64,000 nucleotides of DNA. It comes from Chiloscyllium plagiosum (lineage: Eukaryota). The position numbers and the translations under genes were made by a program. The notes beneath the pieces were generated by a model that ran no database searches, was not told where the DNA came from, and saw nothing but the letters and a program-made list of their open reading frames with translations. The DNA lies in NCBI RefSeq assembly GCF_004010195.1, contig NC_057713.1, positions 60,801,482 to 60,865,481 on the forward strand, in the 5' to 3' direction. Shown piece after piece: positions 58,301 through 64,000 of the stretch (the stretch's first letter is position 1; every line of letters starts with the position of its first letter).

Positions 58301-60825
58301 CACTTTCCTTCACACAAAGATGTTCTGTACAAGTTTAAACAACTGCTTTTTGGTTGTATTCTGTTAAAATTAAAGTCAGTAATTTTTTTTATGGCATTGC
58401 AACCTTCAGTGTTTTGTGTATCTACCATGTTTGGCAATTTGTTTTCCTCTTCCTCTCACCAACGTGTTTCATACCAAGGATAGATGTGAGAAGAGTTGAT
58501 CGTGTGAGTGTCCTCAGATGGCTATGAACTTTGTGTTGTCATTCCTATACTGATTCATGCTGTATAATTAGTATATTTGGAATGGATGGTTGTAGAACAG
58601 GATGAAATTACAGGACTGGGGCAATGTGTAATTTAAAGATAAAACTTGTTGCTTTATTTAGCATCTTGTCCAAAGTGTTTCTAACCATCATAGGAAATCA
58701 CCCTCGACTGTGGCAGCTAAATTTTTAAAAATTGCAGTTTAGTTGTCTGTGGCTTAATCTCCTGTGATTTCACCCTGTTGAAAAGAGTAAACTTGCTTTC
58801 TGTGACATATTTTGGTACTGGTAGGGCTAATGATATAGCTTCATCTGGATGGAGGATGAGTACCAAACCTGTATACCAAGCATGCATTTATATCATGCCT
58901 TTGAAGTATTAAAATATTCCATGGCATCTTCAAATCCCCAAGCCACATGAGACTTTGGCCAAGTGAGCCAAGTCTTGTCAGAGAGGTACTTTGAGGTTTG
59001 ATGTGTGGAGGAAATTCCAGGTATTAGAACCTGTATAGCTGAAGTCACATCTATCAATATGGATAAAAGAAACTTGATGCACAATAGCCCAGAAAAGCAA
59101 ACTTTTCAGGGTTGTGGCAGGTTGGAAACTGAGGTAAGGTCGAGGAAGGGATTGAACACCAGGATGAAAATCGTAAATTTGAAGCTTTGCTGAATTGTGA
59201 GCCACTCAGGTGATGGTAAGTGAGACTTGGATTTATGTCCTGTGATACCCTAAACTATTTCATAGCCAATGAATTATTTTAGAAACATAGTAACAATTAC
59301 TAACGACCTTAGATTGCGCACAACATACCTTAGTGGTGTTAGGGGCTGAATGTTGGCTATGCCACTAGAAGGGGAAAATGAGTTCATTTACCCTTGATTC
59401 CCAGATGTACAAAACACTAAATACTACTTTAGTAGAGATGGGGCAAGTTTTTAGCATTTTGTTTATTTACTGCCTTGTCTAGTTTTTATGAAACATGTTA
59501 AATTTCTAAGAATAGGCATAACCAGATCGCTAAATGTCAGTGTAAGACACCATAGTTGGTTGTCCTTAACAAGAAAGATTACGTTTTGGTTCAATAACAA
59601 CATTTTTGTGTTCACTAACCCTTTTAGATTTGATTTGTAAAGGTACAATTTCAACTGACACGGATTTTGGTGTTTACTGAAATGACGTATGCAAGATTCT
59701 TTGTCTTTATTTCATTGTCTTCTTTGAAAATTGTTTACACAGTTTTGAGATAAATGTAAAACTGGAAGAGCAAGATGAAACAAGCTGACATTTGTTGCTT
59801 TGAAGGAAATGCATCCTTTCTGGGGATTCAGCCATAATAATTCTCATCATGCCATAATCATTAATGACCAGTGCTTGTGAGAAATACTAATCTGGGTTTT
59901 TTTGAGTGTCAGGATTCAGAAGAGAATTGGAGAAAGAGAATGCAAATTGTATTTTAGTTCTATGTATGTCTACTGCTTAAAAATACTTCAAATATGGCCA
60001 ACAAATAAAATTATTAATAATACCTTGTTGAAAATATACAATGGCACTTTATCTAAGAAAACCAGTGTTTTGTGCTCTTCATTTGAGAGTTTTTGAAAAT
60101 TGCCAGTTTTTCTGTTTTCAAATCGTGGTTGTCTAATTTTGTTTTTGAAATTGGAGTTGAGGGAGTGAGCAATAATAGAATATTGAAGATGGAGAAAATT
60201 TAAAAATCTCAGCGTGCAGCACTAATGTTCAAATTTATCACTGTGGCATGTTTCCAGATCCCTACCCCAAGAAACAACATTGTGCTCTATATTGTGTAAC
60301 ATAATGGTTCTGAAAGAGTTGTTGCATGAAGTTGCATAAACTTCACCTAATCTGATGAGACACAGTCTTTGGCAAATCAGGTCATGCATGTGATTTCAAG
60401 GTCAGAAGTAACATACCTACCTCCTGGTAGTCTTAACCAATTATACTTAATTAGTCAAAATATGTACTTTTTCGTATACTGCAATAAACTACCTCTTGTT
60501 ATGTAAGATCAGTGCCTCTTGTGGAGACTGTCCATTGTCTGTCTACTGCTGATGATCATCACCTTAAAATCTACATGGAGTGGAGGATTTCATCTATGTG
60601 AATATTGACAAAAGACTTCCACAGCCACAAAAGGTATTTGAAAGGTATTTGCTGAGACCTCTCATAATGTTTTTTGACTATTTCTGTGTAAGTGCAGCAG
60701 ACTTTATTTGCCCAACTTGGCAAGGTCTGATTGATTAAACCTCTTCAGCTGGGAGACAGAGGAAAGGAGAAAGAGAAGTTTTTCAGAAAACCAGTCTTTT
60801 GCTGCTGCTTTAGCTTTTACTATTT

Positions 60826-61330
60826 GAAGAATCAAACCGTACAGTACAACCTTTGGCCCATCATGTCTGTGCCACCAAATGCTACGACCTACACTAGCCC
60901 CACTTTCTGCAATAGCCCATAGCCTTGGATGGTAAGACACTTCAAGTGTTCATTCAAGTAATTTTTAAAGATGTAGAGGTTGCCTACCTTAACAAACCTG
61001 TATGTTCCTGACCCCCACCTCCATCGCTCTATGGATGAAAATGTTTTTTTTCTGAAATCCCATCTGAACACTCTGCCCTTCTCCTTAAAATTGCGTTATC
61101 GACCCTTCAACTAAGGGTGCCCCCTCCCCTCCCCAATCTTCCCATATCCAAAGAAAACAACCCAAACTTATCCAGCTTTTCTTCGTAGTGGAAATACTCC
61201 ATTCCAGGAAACATCCTGGTGAATCTCCTTTGCATCCCTTCCAGTCCAATCACATCTTTCCTGTAGTGTGGTAACCAGAACTTCATGCAGTACTCCAGCT
61301 GTAGTCTAATCAAAGTTCAAAACCCCCAAT
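60826..61330 (-). mobile_element. CR1 LINE 3' fragment
   Basis: LEYCMKFWLPHYRKDVIGLEGMQRRFTRMFPG. Confidence 0.8.
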
Positions 61331-61350
61331 ATGACTGTTGCAGGCTTTAT

Positions 61351-61382
61351 TCCTGATGAAGGGCTTTTGCCCGAAACGTCGA
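61351..61382 (+). ncRNA. Minimal hammerhead ribozyme motif in a Penelope-derived 3' fragment (about 61348-61479)
   Basis: CTGATGA-a-GGGC-tttt-GCCC-GAAAC-GTC. Confidence 0.7.
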
Positions 61383-61669
61383 TTTCGAAGCTCCTTGGAT
61401 GCTGCCTGAACTGCTGTGCTCTTCCAGCACCACTGATCAAGAATCTGGTTTCCAGCATCTGCAGTCATTGTTTTTACCTGGTATCTAGCTCTGCTCAGTA
61501 ATGGTGGTGAAGTCGAGGAACTTGACTAAGTCCTTTGACTTCAAGTGGACAACTGATGGCATCACCATCCTGACTCTGCATTATTTTCCCTGTAGTGATA
61601 TCTGGAGGAAATGATGGCAGCACTCAATCATCCATAGCCAAACCAATGAGTATTGTTATGAATGTGACA

Positions 61670-62332
61670 AAACTCATTGATGAAATACAACAGTGGATGT
61701 GGTGTACATGAATTTGTAGCAAGGCATTTGATAATGTTCTCTACGGTAAGCTCATTCAGAAACTAAGGAGGCATAGGGTACAGGGAATCGTGGCTGGTTG
61801 GATGCAGAATTGGCTGGCCATTAGAAGATGAGGGTGGTAGTAGATGGAAAATATTCAGCCTGGAGCTCAGTGACCAGTGGTGTTCTGCGGGGATCTGTTC
61901 TGGGTCCTCTGCTCTTTGTGATTTTTATAAATGACTTGGTTGAGGAAGTTGGTGGGTTAGTAAATTGCCAATGACATGCAGCAGAGAAGTATAGTATAGA
62001 TTGCAGCATAAATAGCGTAGAAGGCTGTTGTAGGTTGCAACAGGATATTGACAGGAGACAGAACCGGCTGATAAGTGGCAGACGGAGTTCAACCTGGAAA
62101 AGTGTGAAGTGATTCATTTTGGAAGGTCAAATCTGACTGCAGAATACAAGGTTAAAGGCAGGATTCTTGGCAGTGTTGAGGAACAGAGGGATCTTGGGGT
62201 CCATGTCCATAGATCCCTCAAAATTGCCACCCAAGTTGATAGGGTTGTTAAGAAAGTATATACCCTGTAGTGTGTTTGCTTTCATTAGCAGGGGGATTGA
62301 TATTGCAGCTCTATAGAGCCTTAGACCACACT
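61670..62332 (+). mobile_element. CR1 LINE RT fragment
   Basis: KAFD- and [16 protein letters not shown]-like sequence. Confidence 0.8.
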
Positions 62333-62519
62333 GCCCAATTACCCTCAACCCAAACTTCCCCTTCTGATTTCCTATTTTCAGAGAGCTAAGAGCTGCTAAC
62401 TACCTGCTGCATCACACCAAGGAGGAAGAGAGTGCAACAGCTTCATTAATTTTTTTTCCAAGCGGTCATAAGCTCAGATGCATACACTGCATGTATCTTG
62501 GTGGCTAACATAGAGTTGG

Positions 62520-63670
62520 GATAAGAACTTAGAAAATGGAAACAGGAGTATGCTATTTGACCCTTTGAACCTGCTCCACCAGTCAATATTAATATAGTTG
62601 ATCATCTAATATTCCAGGTATGATCTCACCAAGGCCCTGTGCATTTGTTGCATAGCTTCCTGCTCTTGTATTCTAATTCTTTCACTATGAAGGCTAACAT
62701 ACAATTTGCTGTCTTCACTGCCTGCTGTACCTGTATGTTTACTTTCAGCAACCAGTGTAAAAGGACACATAGTTTCTTTTTATCTCCTCCTTTCTCAATC
62801 TATCATCATTCACTTAATAATCTGCCTTCCTGTTTTGTTGATAACAGTACACTTCATCTTCTTTGTATTTACCCACTCCCTGAACTAGTTTACATCATGC
62901 TGAAGCATCCCTGCATATCCACAATTCATTGTCCCAGCCAACTTTGTGTCATCTGCGAACTTCAAGATATTGCATCGAGTTCCCTGATTTAAATCATTAA
63001 TAGATATTAAAGATTATATATTAATAATATATATTAATGAATAGATGGTGTCCAAGCACTGAGTTCTGTGGTACCCCACTAGACACCAGCTGCCACTCAG
63101 AAAAAGTGCTCTTTGTTCCAGCCTGTCAATCAGTTCTCTGTCCATGTCAGTAACTACCCCAATCTCATATACCTTAATTTTGTATGCTAATCTCTTGTAT
63201 GGCACCTTATCAAAAGCCATATGAATGCCCAAGTAAACCAGATCCACTAGCTCCCCCTTGTGAGCTCTTAAACACATCCTCAAGGTTTGTCAAGCATGAT
63301 TTCCCTTTTGTAGATTTATGCTTAGTCGGTTTGATTCTGTCACTGTTTTCCAAATGCTCTGCTATTAAATCATTCCTCATGGACTCTGCATTTCCCTCAA
63401 TACTAAACCACTCTATAATTCAGGCTAACCACTCTATAATTCCCTATTTGCTCTCTATCTCTTTTTTTAAAATAGTGAAGTAACATTAGCAACTTGCCAA
63501 TCCATTGGAACTTCCCAAGATTATAAACTCTTGAAAATTGACTGCCAGTGCATCCACTATTTTTTAGGGCCACTTCCATGAGCACTCTAACATGTAGGTT
63601 ATTAGGCCCTGGGATTTTATCAGCCTTTAGTACCATCAATTTTCCCAACATGACTTCCCTAATCATATTG
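62520..63670 (-). mobile_element. Old CR1 LINE
   Basis: LKADKIPGPNNLHVRVL, GNYRVVSL, VDLVYL..AFDKVPY. Confidence 0.75.
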
Positions 63671-63729
63671 ATATGTTGGGCAAGTTATCCAGGTGTAAGT
63701 TGGTTGTAGCTAGGCTTGGAGGAAAAGGA

Positions 63730-64000
63730 TGGATCAAGTTGTGAAACTTGGAAAGGTTCAGAAAAGATTTACAAGGATGTTGTCAGAATTGGAGGGTTTG
63801 AACTATAGGGAGAGGCTGAATAGGCTGGGGCTATTTTCCCTGAAGTGGGTGACCTTATAGAGGTTTATAAAATCATGAGGGGCATGGATAGGGTAAATAG
63901 ACAACGTCCTTTCCCTGGGGTGGGAGAGTCTAAAACTAGACGGCATAAGTTTAAGGTGAGAGAGGCAAGATTTCAAAGATACCCAAGGGGCAATCTTTTC
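63730..64000 (+). mobile_element. CR1 LINE 3' fragment (runs off the window)
   Basis: gttgtgaaacttggaaaggttcagaaaagatttacaagg matches 25600-25870. Confidence 0.85.

Noticed and set aside
58300-60800. Unique AT-rich region downstream of UBE2V2, searched for exons of the next syntenic gene (EFCAB1/CLXN)
   Set aside because: No EF-hand or other recognisable peptide found; short ag/gt-bounded segments lack support

Overview
Eukaryotic vertebrate genomic DNA, most likely a shark (inferred from HE1/V-SINE-like, SacSINE-like, CR1 and Penelope repeats). It carries the conserved PRKDC <- -> MCM4 -> UBE2V2 synteny block. PRKDC (DNA-PKcs) exons 1-4 lie on the minus strand and the gene continues past the left edge. 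A CpG-rich bidirectional promoter with E2F, CCAAT and GC boxes separates it from a complete 16-coding-exon MCM4 (863 aa). A divergent 4-exon UBE2V2/MMS2 (about 144 aa) follows, with a 19-kb first intron. Introns are packed with CR1 and RTE LINEs, SINEs, a solo LTR and Tigger-like MITEs, and there is a 496-nt N gap. The most unusual signal is a set of about a dozen Penelope-derived insertions from several sequence families. Most carry an intact or decayed minimal hammerhead-ribozyme core (CTGANGA-stem II-GAAAC-GTH). Several are tiny non-coding hairpin units of 100-200 nt with the layout arm / inverted arm / ~35-nt tail and 10-16-bp target-site duplications. One junction in PRKDC intron 1 contains a 55-nt inverted copy of unique sequence from 5 kb away. 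Gene and repeat names come from recognition of sequence by eye, not from database searches.
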